The notes under the pieces are model-generated. The model was not told the origin of the DNA, made no database searches, and worked only from the letters and a program-made list of their open reading frames with translations. The translations under genes and the position numbers were made by a program. A stretch of DNA of 64,000 nucleotides, taken from positions 32,001 through 96,000 of IMG/VR virus record IMGVR_UViG_3300012347_000452; one strand, written 5' to 3'. This document shows, piece after piece, positions 7,771 through 16,294 of this stretch. Each line of letters opens with the position of its first letter. Position 1 is the first letter of the stretch. The stretch comes from a virus.

Positions 7771-8229
7771 CCTTCTCCGTATGGTTGTTCGTCTCCGTGG
7801 CCTGGTCCTTCTTGTTCGTGTTGGTGACGTTGATCTTCCTATTCGTCGTTACTGTCCTCTTCCCGTACTCCGTGATCTTGGTTGGGATTGTTCGGGCTTT
7901 TTCTCTCCGACGTATATCTGTATGTAGTAGGAGTAGAGACTCCTATTGTTCTTTGTTCGGGGAATCGTTCGGGCTTTCTTCTCTCAGGCTGTTGTCGGGG
8001 TCGAGCTCTTTAAACGCGATTTGAGCGCTTTCCGGTCGTTGGTGGTGTCAGCGGTCATCTTGAGTGTCTGGCACGCTTCTATGGTCGTTCTGATGCGCTG
8101 GCCAAGGTTCTTTTTCGGTGGTTGGTTCTGAGGTTGCTTATAGGTAGGGAACCTTATAGATAGGCTATTCTTTGGTTAGTAGTCGGGACTTAGTGCCTTC
8201 CTGTTAGCGTTAGCGGAAAAGTCCTTTAA

Positions 8230-8242
8230 AATCAACAACTTA
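8230..8242 (+). promoter_or_regulatory. IHF-binding consensus site
   Basis: AATCAACAACTTA matches WATCAANNNNTTR; flanked by CCTTATAG repeats. Confidence 0.55.
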
Positions 8243-8268
8243 CGTTCCTAGGCCTGAACCTTATAGGG

Positions 8269-8293
8269 AAAAGCCTCTGCAATGAGAGGCTTT
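8269..8293 (-). terminator. Terminator (possibly bidirectional)
   Basis: AAAGCCTCT-6 nt-AGAGGCTTT downstream of the 8314 stop. Confidence 0.7.
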
Positions 8294-8313
8294 CAAGGGT
8301 TTTGGCCTGATTC

Positions 8314-8769
8314 TTATACTTTGGCCTGAGCCATTTTGAGCATCATCGTGGCCGTGTCGATCACGGCACTGACGGCCTTTTCAGCTTTGTCTGCCTGTTG
8401 CTGCGCCAAGAGAGAATAGGCGCCCTCGAGTGCCTTATCGTGAACCCGCTGGATGGTGACGAGTTCGGCGATCGCCATGCCGGTGACTGCCTCGATGTTG
8501 TTCTTTCCGAAGATGCGGGCCAGGGCATCGACGCTCTCCTCGTTATGACTCTCCCAGGGGTCAGCCGAGCAATTGATCTCCTTCAGTTGCGCCTCCGAGA
8601 ACAGACTGCCTACCGCGCAGTTGTTGCCTGACTTGTACTGATAGGCGCAATCGAGCTTGTCGCCCTTGTTGACGTTCGGTCCGATCTTGCCCTGCTTGGC
8701 CTGGTCGATGATGTGTTGGAGCGATTCGATCTTGGATCGGCATGAGACTCCATTGATGATGTGTGGCAT
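8314..8769 (-). CDS. Hypothetical phage protein
   Basis: AAGGAGAA RBS; CAY...CAVG.L motif common in phage small proteins. Confidence 0.75.
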   Translation of the reverse strand: MPHIINGVSCRSKIESLQHIIDQAKQGKIGPNVNKGDKLDCAYQYKSGNNCAVGSLFSEAQLKEINCSADPWESHNEESVDALARIFGKNNIEAVTGMAIAELVTIQRVHDKALEGAYSLLAQQQADKAEKAVSAVIDTATMMLKMAQAKV

Positions 8770-8797
8770 TCTGTTTTCTCCTTCAGTCGTGACTTAG

Positions 8798-9229
8798 TTA
8801 CTTGGATTGCATTTCGAGCGCCTTTTCGAGCCAATGGATCATCGGCTCGGGGGTGTTGAGTCCATTGGTGTTGTCGCGAAAGGCGTACCAGGGCGCAATG
8901 TCCTCATCGTCGCGTTCGTTGTCGCAGGGCGTCTTGCCTCTTACGATAGACAGTGGGCAGGGCTCGCACCGGTCCAAATGTTCGTCTTTGTGCGAGAGGA
9001 AGTGATGGCAAAGGGAGCAAGTGGTTCCATTTATGCTCAGACCGTCCATCTGGTCATCGTCGTTGATGCCAACAACATCCGCGAACGTGCTGACTCGGAC
9101 GTTGTGCTTCTTCAGGTTCTCGGGTTTGAGGCCCTGCCACTTGGTCAGGCTGTGCTGGACGGCATCATCCGGTGTGGTGTCCTCGACCGGCTTGGGATAG
9201 AACTCGTCGATCCATGTCTTGACTGTCAT
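8798..9229 (-). CDS. Hypothetical Cys-rich phage protein
   Basis: CSLC, CEPCPL; coupled ORF. Confidence 0.75.
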   Translation of the reverse strand: MTVKTWIDEFYPKPVEDTTPDDAVQHSLTKWQGLKPENLKKHNVRVSTFADVVGINDDDQMDGLSINGTTCSLCHHFLSHKDEHLDRCEPCPLSIVRGKTPCDNERDDEDIAPWYAFRDNTNGLNTPEPMIHWLEKALEMQSK

Positions 9230-9459
9230 CGGGCTTCTCCTTGTGATTGTTTGAGGGCTCGCCGGAGCTCGGCGAGGTTGTTCTTGTAGGCTCGAGGGTC
9301 GGTCTCGCTCTTGGTCAGGAAGAACGCCCGGTCGATGCCTTTGAAGACCACCTTGAAGTGACTTCCATTGCGCGGCTCGATGGACTCGACCTCGAACCCA
9401 TCGCGCTTGTATAGGGCGAACTGCTCACGCAAACGCCGGTGGATGATCAAGGCGCTCAT
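9226..9459 (-). CDS. HicA-like small protein
   Basis: GFEVESIEPRNGSHFKVVF resembles the HicA GSH motif; no adjacent hicB seen. Confidence 0.5.
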   Translation of the reverse strand: MSALIIHRRLREQFALYKRDGFEVESIEPRNGSHFKVVFKGIDRAFFLTKSETDPRAYKNNLAELRRALKQSQGEAR

Positions 9460-9779
9460 CCTTGAGCCAATCGGTAGCCCTCACCGACGATGCGGAAGGT
9501 CGTGATCGTCCGGTCGGCGTTCTCACTGTGGATGAAAAGCATAGGCTGGCGGCCTGTGAAGTACTCGATCGCGTCCATGTAGACGCCGACGCCGATCTTG
9601 TCGTTGGTGTGGATCTCGATCAAGGCGTTGATCGGGTTCTTCCAGTCAGCACGATCCTGAACCTGCTCGAAGGCAGCTTCCAGAATCTTGTGTCGAGCAT
9701 TGGACACATTGACGGTGCGTTCGGGGGCGCTGCTGGCGATGCCCCGAAGATAGTCGGTACGCTTGTCGTCGGAGCTCAT
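9456..9779 (-). CDS. Hypothetical protein
   Basis: ATGA-coupled ORF, GAGGAG RBS. Confidence 0.7.
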   Translation of the reverse strand: MSSDDKRTDYLRGIASSAPERTVNVSNARHKILEAAFEQVQDRADWKNPINALIEIHTNDKIGVGVYMDAIEYFTGRQPMLFIHSENADRTITTFRIVGEGYRLAQG

Positions 9780-9979
9780 TCGGCATTCTCCTCAATGTGC
9801 TTGACGCATTCAATCCATGCAGCTTCTTCGCTTTCGGACGTGTCGTGGTCTTGGAAGTCATTGGTGACAGAGTTCATCCAGCGGTACTCACCGGCGAATT
9901 CGGCACCGTACTCCTGGCCCATGTCCTCGACATAGAAACCCTGGGAGATTAGTTTGGCTTTGGTTTCCTGGAAGGTCAT
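9776..9979 (-). CDS. Hypothetical protein
   Basis: AAGGAG RBS before ATG 9979. Confidence 0.7.
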   Translation of the reverse strand: MTFQETKAKLISQGFYVEDMGQEYGAEFAGEYRWMNSVTNDFQDHDTSESEEAAWIECVKHIEENAE

Positions 9980-10170
9980 CGCGTTACTCCTTTGTGTGTT
10001 TGAGCGATAACGTATTATCTCGACCGCACTGAGGAGAACTAATCGTTCCAATCACTTTGCCTTGCAGAATCCCATGCCGCTCGTTGGCAAGGTCTCTCAT
10101 GGCCTGGGTGATGAACCCAGGCTGATTCACGAGGTCGGCCCAGCTCCGACCGTTGCGTATGGCTTTGGGG

Positions 10171-10401
10171 TCACACAGGCCCATGTGTCACCCCTTGCAG
10201 CTTCGACAGGTAGTGCTCCTTCACCCAGTCGATGTCCAACCGGGTCATCGGCCGGTCAGGCGTATCGCCCTTGCGTCCGTGACTGCTGACCATCCAAGTC
10301 CTGATGTTGTAGTACCAGAACTGGTGATGGGTTTTGTTCCAAGCGAGAATGGTCTGGTGAATCTCCAGAATGTCGCCCTCAAGTTTGAAGCTCAGTGCCA
10401 T
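10171..10401 (-). CDS. Hypothetical protein
   Basis: AAGGAG RBS. Confidence 0.6.
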   Translation of the reverse strand: MALSFKLEGDILEIHQTILAWNKTHHQFWYYNIRTWMVSSHGRKGDTPDRPMTRLDIDWVKEHYLSKLQGVTHGPV

Positions 10402-10404
10402 GTG

Positions 10405-10650
10405 TTATCTCCTTGCGATCCAGCCGACCGGTTCCTGATCCTCGCTCTCAAGACGATGGAACTCGGCGTCGGCCAGGAATTGGTCCTGAAAGCAGAAGCG
10501 CCTGCCCCAGCCATCGGGACTCACGTCCATGTAGATGGCTCGGGTGAACATCAGGTCGCCGATGGCGATGATGGAGCCATCAGGCAATAGCCTGACCTCC
10601 CGGTAGTCGCCCAGGCTCTCGATGTGGGCCAAGAGCTCGGAGTCGGTCAT
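10405..10650 (-). CDS. Hypothetical protein
   Basis: AAGGAA RBS, coupled ORF. Confidence 0.65.
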   Translation of the reverse strand: MTDSELLAHIESLGDYREVRLLPDGSIIAIGDLMFTRAIYMDVSPDGWGRRFCFQDQFLADAEFHRLESEDQEPVGWIARR

Positions 10651-10823
10651 GCCGCTTCCTTGAGGTTGGTCTTGCGGAACCACTTATCGCCGATGAAGCG
10701 AATCCAGTCCTGGTTGGTCCACAGGGCTGTGCTCACGGGCGGCACCTGCATCCAATAGCCCCAGCCAGTCTCCTGGCCATTCAAGGTGTCGATCTTTTCC
10801 TGCTCTGTCGGTTGTGGCTTCAT
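10647..10823 (-). CDS. Hypothetical protein
   Basis: AGGAGA RBS. Confidence 0.6.
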   Translation of the reverse strand: MKPQPTEQEKIDTLNGQETGWGYWMQVPPVSTALWTNQDWIRFIGDKWFRKTNLKEAA

Positions 10824-10836
10824 GGGGTTCTCCTGG

Positions 10837-11019
10837 TTAGCCGTTGGGGAAGTCGTTGAGTTGTTGGAGGTAGCCTTCGCGCACCAGTCGGCGATCATCG
10901 AAGGGCATGGATTCGAGGTCGTTCAGGGGAATGAGAGCCTGAGCCATCAGTCGTCCGTAGTCCCGAAGTTGTTCGCGCCCTTGTTCGAGCGCGGCGTTGA
11001 TGGCGTCGGCGTAACTCAT
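10837..11019 (-). CDS. Hypothetical protein
   Basis: TGATG coupling with upstream ORF. Confidence 0.55.
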   Translation of the reverse strand: MSYADAINAALEQGREQLRDYGRLMAQALIPLNDLESMPFDDRRLVREGYLQQLNDFPNG

Positions 11020-11354
11020 CAGCCTCTCCTCATGGTTGAAATCTCGATGGCCTCATCCTGCGAGAAGACGGGCACGCTGTTGGACTTGTGCATGACGCCG
11101 ATGCCAAGCAGCTTGGTGCCGGTGTACTTCATGCCCTGGATCGGTTTGGTGCCACCGTTGCAGCCCGTGTCCACCGACTGATGCTCCCTGCCCGTCGAGC
11201 GCCCTGGTGGCGTCGTGAGCTTGGGAGTGTGATCGATGGCGCTTTGAGCGTGTGACCTGCGGGCGAACTTGGGCACTGAGGCCCACTTCTGTTGCAGGGC
11301 GGCGAACGAGGCGATGGCGTCACGCTCGGCGCGGGTGGGGTTCTTCTTGCTCAT
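11019..11354 (-). CDS. Conserved phage protein
   Basis: C-terminal KYTG..LLGIG.MHKSN.VPVF motif recurrent in large phages. Confidence 0.7.
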   Translation of the reverse strand: MSKKNPTRAERDAIASFAALQQKWASVPKFARRSHAQSAIDHTPKLTTPPGRSTGREHQSVDTGCNGGTKPIQGMKYTGTKLLGIGVMHKSNSVPVFSQDEAIEISTMRRG

Positions 11355-11686
11355 GAAGCCTCCAACACGCTGAAGTGATTGGACGGCCACCCGTAGAAGA
11401 ACCAGTTCTCGCCCTTGAGCGTGAAGGTGCCACGCCCATCAGGCTCGATCTGGATGAAAGGCTCGCGCCCGGTGAGCCAGGTGCTCTTGAGTCGATCCAA
11501 GAACTGCTTGGGCTCGGGGTACGCCTTAGCGTGGTAGAGGTGGGCCACCGCCTTGTGCAGCCTGGTGGCCAGCTCTTCAAACTTGGACGCGGTGAGGTTG
11601 CCGTCATACGGCAGGATGTACGCGACCCGGTCCATGCCATGAGTCAGGTGCGTCATCAGGCACTTGTTAAACGCCCGAGAAGCCAT
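11351..11686 (-). CDS. Hypothetical protein
   Basis: Coupled ORF; start uncertain. Confidence 0.6.
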   Translation of the reverse strand: MASRAFNKCLMTHLTHGMDRVAYILPYDGNLTASKFEELATRLHKAVAHLYHAKAYPEPKQFLDRLKSTWLTGREPFIQIEPDGRGTFTLKGENWFFYGWPSNHFSVLEAS

Positions 11687-11852
11687 GATCTTCCTCCTGG
11701 ATCATCTGAATGTGGACGCGGTGCCCGTGATTGTTGAACTCGTTCTCCAAGTAGTCGTAGAGTTCGGCCACTGCCTCAGCAGAGCCGGCAGGATGCTCAC
11801 TGCCCTCCATCGGCTCGATCAGGTCGAGTAGGAGATATTTGCGTTTTGCCAT
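11667..11852 (-). CDS. Hypothetical protein
   Basis: GAGGAA RBS. Confidence 0.6.
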   Translation of the reverse strand: MAKRKYLLLDLIEPMEGSEHPAGSAEAVAELYDYLENEFNNHGHRVHIQMIQEEDHGFSGV

Positions 11853-11865
11853 GATGGTTTCCTCG

Positions 11866-11997
11866 TCAGTTGAGTTTGGCCAAGCGGGTCTGCTCGGCAG
11901 TGGTTGGATCGAGGCCCAGGGCCCCGGAGAAGACCGCCAGTTGGTTCCGGCGTTCGTAGATGGCGACCATGTCGCCCTGGATGAGTAGAAGTCTCAT
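11866..11997 (-). CDS. Small hypothetical protein (43 aa)
   Basis: ORF MRLLLIQGD... just downstream of the promoter at 12024-12045. Confidence 0.45.
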   Translation of the reverse strand: MRLLLIQGDMVAIYERRNQLAVFSGALGLDPTTAEQTRLAKLN

Positions 11998-12119
11998 GGA
12001 GTGCTTTCTGTTGCTGATGTCTTATTGTCAGCGGTGACTGATGGACAATCAACCGCTGAAGCAGGGTCATCGCTTGTGTCCGAACACAATCCCATACGCC
12101 ATGCAAAAGAGCAGGACCG

Positions 12120-12374
12120 TCATGCAAGCTCCTGTTGGCCACCGGTGGGCTTCTCGGCCGCCAGGCGCACCCAGTGGTCGGCAGGCAGGTGAGCGAGCTC
12201 CTCTGGCAGATAGCTGCCCACATGCGCCTTCAAGCACTTCGGGCACACCTTGTCGCGGAACTCAGGCTTGTCGATCGGGGCGTAGATGTAGTGAACGCCC
12301 TCGTCGCCATCGGCTCGTTCGCCACAGATCGAGACTCCGGCAAAAACGCCGGTCATCGTGAGGTGGATTGACAT
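12120..12374 (-). CDS. Hypothetical protein
   Basis: AAGGAG RBS; Cys motifs. Confidence 0.6.
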   Translation of the reverse strand: MSIHLTMTGVFAGVSICGERADGDEGVHYIYAPIDKPEFRDKVCPKCLKAHVGSYLPEELAHLPADHWVRLAAEKPTGGQQELA

Positions 12375-12604
12375 GCTTGCTCCTTTTCCCATTGGTGAAC
12401 TTCGGGGGTGCGAATGCCGATGTAGTCGTAGACCCAATCGGTGTTCTGCGGGTCGCGATTCCATTTGGCGATCGCTTTCTTGGCTTCAGCCTCGATCATC
12501 CGAATGCCCATGAAGGCCATGTCGGGGATTTGGGCGTCGTTGAAGGTGCCGAGATAGACCGTGTTGGTCGGGAGGTGCCTCCTCCAGTAGTGAAGTTGGA
12601 TCAC
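12353..12604 (-). CDS. Hypothetical protein
   Basis: GTGA-coupled, GGAG RBS. Confidence 0.55.
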   Translation of the reverse strand: MIQLHYWRRHLPTNTVYLGTFNDAQIPDMAFMGIRMIEAEAKKAIAKWNRDPQNTDWVYDYIGIRTPEVHQWEKEQACQSTSR

Positions 12605-12903
12605 AGTTGCTCCCAGTCGGTGTGGTTCTGTTGGCGGTACTCCATCGAGGTGCATCCGAACTGCTCGGCCCAGTCGAGTGGTGCAAAGGCGTGATCGGCG
12701 TCGGCTTCCATGATGTCGCCGCACTTGCCTGTGAAATACACCTCGCCATCGTCATCGAGTAGGCGAAACTCGTAGGGCAGCTTTGCGGCCAGGGCCTGGA
12801 GCTCGGCGAGTGCGGGGAACTTGTGGCAGTTGTGGAACTTGCCCTCGTACCGCCCTGTGTACTGCGTCTGGTGGTCGGGGTCGTGAGTGATGATCCAGTT
12901 CAT
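12601..12903 (-). CDS. Hypothetical phage protein
   Basis: FRLLDDDGEVYF motif; GGAG RBS before ATG 12903. Confidence 0.7.
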   Translation of the reverse strand: MNWIITHDPDHQTQYTGRYEGKFHNCHKFPALAELQALAAKLPYEFRLLDDDGEVYFTGKCGDIMEADADHAFAPLDWAEQFGCTSMEYRQQNHTDWEQL

Positions 12904-12919
12904 AAATCGCTCCGTGTCA

Positions 12920-12984
12920 TGTTCAAAATCGAACAATTCAATTGTCACAACCGAGTGTTGGACTTGCAACACTCAGTCGTGACA
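12920..12984 (-). promoter_or_regulatory. Promoter TTGCAA-17-GACAAT, leader hairpin TGTTC-GATTTT-GAACA, operator at 12971-12984
   Basis: Motifs read directly. Confidence 0.7.
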
Positions 12985-12991
12985 TAGCCAA

Positions 12992-13717
12992 TCAATCGCC
13001 CGAATCGTCGTCCTCTTCGTCGTACTCGGCCATGTAGATGATGATGGCTTCGATGGCGCGCCCTTCTTCGTCGCGTCGGACGAGGCAGTCGTAGGAGCCG
13101 TCACCCCACCCCGTACTCGACACACAGCCAACAGGGTGCACACCCCACTGCCCTTGCGTGTCGCAAGTCAGGGCGCACACCTCGTCGTAGAAATTGTCCT
13201 TGACCGCCTCCGAGCCGCACATCTGATCGAACAGGGCGTAGTCGAAGAAGCCGGCCTGGCCCGAGTCCACACCCACATGGATGTCGGAGTCGACCCATGT
13301 GGAGTCAAACTCTGCCTCATGGTCGAAGTGGCTCTGGGTGTTCTCGTGGCGAATGTGCAGGTAGGCCACGCGACCGATGTGCGCCTCATAGTCGGCTCGG
13401 CGCTTGGCCAAGTCTTGCTCATCCATGTCCGCGATGATGCGACGAGTCTTGGCGGTTTCGGTGTCCAGCCCTTCGACAGCCGCTCGGGCTTTGGCGATGC
13501 GTTCTTCGCTCTCCTTGAGCGAGTCGAGCATCCACTGCTGTTCTTCAGGCGGTTTGCGGTAGCCGACGTGGGCCTGCCAGATGCCGTTCTTGACGTTGTC
13601 CAAGGTGCCCGCGCACCAAGTCTCCATGTCATAGCACGGGTCCGTGACCCGCAGAGCGCCCGATGACACCGCAAAGGCGTTGGGCGACGAGGTGCTGTCA
13701 ATTTTGGAGAGTTTCAT
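12992..13717 (-). CDS. DUF4241-like protein
   Basis: VTDPCY, VGVDSGQAGFFD, STGWGDGSY motifs. Confidence 0.7.
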   Translation of the reverse strand: MKLSKIDSTSSPNAFAVSSGALRVTDPCYDMETWCAGTLDNVKNGIWQAHVGYRKPPEEQQWMLDSLKESEERIAKARAAVEGLDTETAKTRRIIADMDEQDLAKRRADYEAHIGRVAYLHIRHENTQSHFDHEAEFDSTWVDSDIHVGVDSGQAGFFDYALFDQMCGSEAVKDNFYDEVCALTCDTQGQWGVHPVGCVSSTGWGDGSYDCLVRRDEEGRAIEAIIIYMAEYDEEDDDSGD

Positions 13718-13938
13718 TTTTGTTCCTTGCTGATGATGACCATGCCAAACAGCAGATCGATCAGGACACTTGAGCTGCCGATCGAGATGCCAAGTTTGTA
13801 GTTCCAGCCCGCGCCGAAGCGCGAGCCTTGTGAGTTAAGCAGAGCCTTCGGGCCACGTTCGGTCTTGTGAGGGAACCATCCGTAGCCCTCCTGCCAGGGC
13901 CAACGTCTGGCCCTGATGGTGAAGTTGCCGAGCTTCAC
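13714..13938 (-). CDS. Hypothetical protein
   Basis: Coupled ORF. Confidence 0.55.
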   Translation of the reverse strand: MKLGNFTIRARRWPWQEGYGWFPHKTERGPKALLNSQGSRFGAGWNYKLGISIGSSSVLIDLLFGMVIISKEQK

Positions 13939-13941
13939 GGC

Positions 13942-14352
13942 CTACCACCAACTGTCATACAGACAGGCTTTGCCTTCGCCGATGGCGGCGCGGGCCTTGC
14001 CGACGAACTCGAGGACCGAGGCTTGGTCATCCTCGTCGAACAGCTCATCGCCGCCAAAGAAGAAGCCTGCCGTCGGTGTCAGGGCCTTAGCCTTCGCCAG
14101 CGACTCCAAGACATCGAGGTCTTCAGGCATGAGGCGCACCGTGGTGCAGTTGAAGGACGGCATGGTTCCGCCCTTCTTGCGATAGAGCTGCTCCATCCAG
14201 CCATGCAGGTGGTTGAACTTGCGCCAGTAGGCGAAGTAGATGTCCACACCCTCGACGGGATGGCCGTTGTCGAACAGCTTGTCTCCAAGGTCCACTTGCT
14301 GGTCGCCAACCAGCTCCGCAGGTGCGGTGTAGGCGTACATATCGAGTCCCAT
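13942..14352 (-). CDS. Conserved phage protein
   Basis: MGLDMY...YWRKFNHLHGWM...GFFFG...Y.SWW family pattern; AAGGAG RBS. Confidence 0.8.
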   Translation of the reverse strand: MGLDMYAYTAPAELVGDQQVDLGDKLFDNGHPVEGVDIYFAYWRKFNHLHGWMEQLYRKKGGTMPSFNCTTVRLMPEDLDVLESLAKAKALTPTAGFFFGGDELFDEDDQASVLEFVGKARAAIGEGKACLYDSWW

Positions 14353-14370
14353 TCGGGTTCTCCTTGTTGC

Positions 14371-14433
14371 TTGTCAGAATCGACAAAATGAATTGTCACA
14401 GGTGAACTCAGGATATACCAGTCACCCGTGACA
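14371..14433 (-). promoter_or_regulatory. Promoter TCCTGAGTTC-N6-GACAAT, leader hairpin TTGTC-GATTCT-GACAA, operator 14420-14433
   Basis: Motifs read directly. Confidence 0.7.
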
Positions 14434-14449
14434 GATGCCCATCAGCCGA

Positions 14450-15148
14450 TCAACGGGCGTCGAGGAGCGTGACCAGCTTGTTCAGGGTCTCGTTGGCTTC
14501 GCTGACCTTGGCTTCGATCTTCTTGGACTTGGTCTTGACCGAGCCCAAGTCCTCGATCTCCTTCTCGACCTTCTTGATGGCGTCGATCAGTTGGTCGTCG
14601 GACATGGTGGTCACGTCCACGTTGTTGATGTAGGTCTTGTTGGCGATGGTGATTTGGTTGGACACGGGTTGCTCCTGGATAGGTTGAGAGAGGGGTTGAG
14701 AAGTCAGGGTGTCAACGGCTTCGCAAAGCTCTTTGACTTCCTGCAAATGTTGGCCGAGAGCGATCTCGGCACATGGATTCGTCGCTGGTGGGCGACGCTG
14801 AACGCCGTTTGGCGTGTAGTTGTAGCCTACGACGTTAAGGCGTTGAATTCGCACTTGGAACAAGATGCAATCGTCTTTAGCCCAAGTCGAGTCGGGCCCC
14901 TGACCGTCCATACGCCACCACATTTCGAGAAAGAGGAATGCCCATTCTTCGGCGTGGAAAATGTCAGGCGTGTTCGCGATCCGCTTGATTTTCTTGACGA
15001 ACTGTTCCACCAGCACCGTGAACTGGCCGAAGTTGCCGCGCTTCGCCTCATGTCTGGCCTTCATGACGAACTCATGTTCGTTTTCCAAAGCCCAGATGTA
15101 CTGCGTGGTGATGTGATCCACTCGGATCGGTTCCTGTCGTGCTGTCAT
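14450..15148 (-). CDS. Hypothetical protein with C-terminal coiled coil
   Basis: Long ORF with AAGGAG RBS. Confidence 0.7.
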   Translation of the reverse strand: MTARQEPIRVDHITTQYIWALENEHEFVMKARHEAKRGNFGQFTVLVEQFVKKIKRIANTPDIFHAEEWAFLFLEMWWRMDGQGPDSTWAKDDCILFQVRIQRLNVVGYNYTPNGVQRRPPATNPCAEIALGQHLQEVKELCEAVDTLTSQPLSQPIQEQPVSNQITIANKTYINNVDVTTMSDDQLIDAIKKVEKEIEDLGSVKTKSKKIEAKVSEANETLNKLVTLLDAR

Positions 15149-15486
15149 TTCATGTTCACTCCTTCATGGTTGGTTGCGATGAATGAATTACACCAGCGCA
15201 ATCTCGGACTTTGACCGTGCCTGCGCATCTTCCCTATCACTTGCCCTGCTCTCGCTTCACCCCTCGGGCAGATCAATTTAAACGACAGGCCTGCCAGCCG
15301 TTGGTGTCGGTGGTGCTCAGACCTTCACCACCTCTCGGAAAGCGCTCTACGGTCGTTCTAGTGGCAGGAGCGCGGTGCTCTGGTCGGTGTAATGACTCAT
15401 AAACCGAGCATTACATGGACTAATGCCACATTTATGATGCAAATCCTGGACATTGCGTCCCGAGTCCTTGGACCGTGGACAGGGTG

Positions 15487-15511
15487 AAAAATCAGGGCGC
15501 GAGGCCCTGAT
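15487..15511 (-). terminator. Rho-independent terminator
   Basis: ATCAGGGC-loop-GCCCTGAT followed by T run on minus strand. Confidence 0.75.
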
Positions 15512-15516
15512 CGGTA

Positions 15517-15852
15517 TCACCACACGTTGGCGGCTGAGGTTGATGGCCTATGTGCCGCAGCGGGCTTGGGCGGGGCCGCTTCACCCACGATGTTGAGCAG
15601 GTTGGGCGAGACGCGCCAAGTGGTCGTATTCAGGCGCTTGCGAGTGATCGAATCCACCTCGTAGCCTGAGACGGTCTTGGTGTTGATGCGCTCCACATAG
15701 AGGTAGCGCTTGGCGTTTGTCCGGTCGAGAAACCAGCCGATGGCACCGCGACGCAGGCTGTTGTCCTTGCGCTTGGCCAATGTGTCGATGCACTTGTCTC
15801 GGATGGCCTGAAGCGCCTCCGAAGACATCGACTCCAGCTTGGTTAGATCCAT
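15517..15852 (-). CDS. Hypothetical protein
   Basis: AAGGAG RBS. Confidence 0.7.
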   Translation of the reverse strand: MDLTKLESMSSEALQAIRDKCIDTLAKRKDNSLRRGAIGWFLDRTNAKRYLYVERINTKTVSGYEVDSITRKRLNTTTWRVSPNLLNIVGEAAPPKPAAAHRPSTSAANVW

Positions 15853-15853
15853 T

Positions 15854-16222
15854 TCAATCTCCTTTGCGTTTAAATTCGGCGATCATCCGCCGTGCCCATT
15901 GCTTGCGGTGCTTCTGGACGTTCTCATGCGTGATGTCACGAGCCAAAACATTGCCCATGTACAGAAGCCAGGATTCGAGGCTGTTGTACGGGACCAAGCG
16001 TTGCTCGATCATGTCTTTGACCTCCTTGATCCTTTGCTCCACGCGCAGTTCGGCGCGATGCTCGATGAACATCCAGTTCTTGTGTCCACCCCGAGCAGCT
16101 CGCATGATGGCGTGACAGAGGTATTCCTCCTTTTTTGCCTGACACACCTCGCCATAGTCTTTGCCATTCCAGAGGTAAGGAAGGGCCTGACGGATGAGGT
16201 CTGAAGTTTTAAGGGTTTGCAT
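15854..16222 (-). CDS. Hypothetical protein
   Basis: Abuts next ORF; start approximate. Confidence 0.65.
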   Translation of the reverse strand: MQTLKTSDLIRQALPYLWNGKDYGEVCQAKKEEYLCHAIMRAARGGHKNWMFIEHRAELRVEQRIKEVKDMIEQRLVPYNSLESWLLYMGNVLARDITHENVQKHRKQWARRMIAEFKRKGD

Positions 16223-16294
16223 AAAGTGGTGCCTTTCATCGCAGTGCTCCAAACACGAAGCACTCTGATGAAAGGGGCACGAGGCCCCCTTCGA

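Noticed and set aside
7398-8131. ORFs 7398-7700, 7538-7750, 7785-8024, 7946-8131 (also 5030-5284 and 5323-5517)
   Set aside because: They run through low-complexity repeats, lack RBSs and have biased composition; probably non-coding.
9984-10184. 66-aa ORF
   Set aside because: Its 3' part overlaps the promoter and RBS of the next gene; coding status unresolved.
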